64,000 nt of DNA from Mytilus californianus (taxonomy: Eukaryota). Under the pieces are notes generated by a model that was not told where the DNA came from, ran no database searches, and saw only the letters and a program-made list of their open reading frames with translations. Numbering within the stretch: the first letter of the stretch is position 1; every line of letters begins with the position of its first letter. A program made the position numbers and the translations under genes. The stretch covers positions 114,886,001 to 114,950,000 of the forward strand of contig NW_026262690.1 of the NCBI RefSeq assembly GCF_021869535.1, read 5' to 3'. Below, in pieces: positions 63,698-64,000 of the stretch.

Positions 63698-64000
63698 GTA
63701 TGATTAAAATCTTTGTTTATTGTCAAGAGAACTACTGCTGGAGATGATAACTGCAGGTACCCAACAATAATGAAAATTAATATCTTCACAGTAACAATTT
63801 CAACACAGAACATATTACCTCAAAAAGCTTGTGGGTGAAAACTCACCTCAAGTAATGGAGGTTGTTAGTCCTATCCCCAGTTGGTTCAAACTAAAGAATT
63901 TACAATTGGTATTTGCTGGTCCTCTGTCAAGCTTATCCCATTTAGGAATAAGGGCAAAGACTTGTCGGCTAAGTGTCAGAATAGTGCACCTGAGTAGGAT

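Overview
AT-rich, intron-rich animal genomic DNA. The repeat families and gene structures suggest a bivalve mollusc, probably Mytilus-like (inference). I reconstructed four spliced genes by hand from splice sites and reading-frame continuity. (1) TMEM62, a calcineurin-like metallophosphoesterase membrane protein, on the minus strand: 12 exons, 18079 to 678, running off the left edge. (2) JKAMP on the plus strand: 7 exons, 18223-31591, 342 aa, head-to-head with TMEM62 with only 143 bp between the start codons. (3) A complete HSL-family alpha/beta-hydrolase: 8 exons, 35192-43712, 325 aa. (4) Its tandem paralog: first 3 exons, 47214-63697, running off the right edge. Introns are packed with Helentron-type (HINE/DINE-like) elements carrying internal ~147-bp tandem arrays, tRNA-headed SINEs, MITEs of several superfamilies (CACTA, piggyBac, Kolobok, PIF/Harbinger, Tc1/mariner-like), a probable solo LTR and an internally deleted PHD-finger MULE transposon. 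The most unusual pattern is repeated tandem duplication across exon-intron junctions in three of the four genes. The extreme case is a 12-copy 79-bp array in JKAMP that reads as alternating 62-nt mini-introns and 17-nt poison micro-exons. An IRF/kB/ETS motif cluster lies upstream of the second hydrolase. Apart from fragments of these exons, the supplied short ORFs appear to be intronic or repeat-derived noise. I found no rRNA, intact tRNA gene or CRISPR array.
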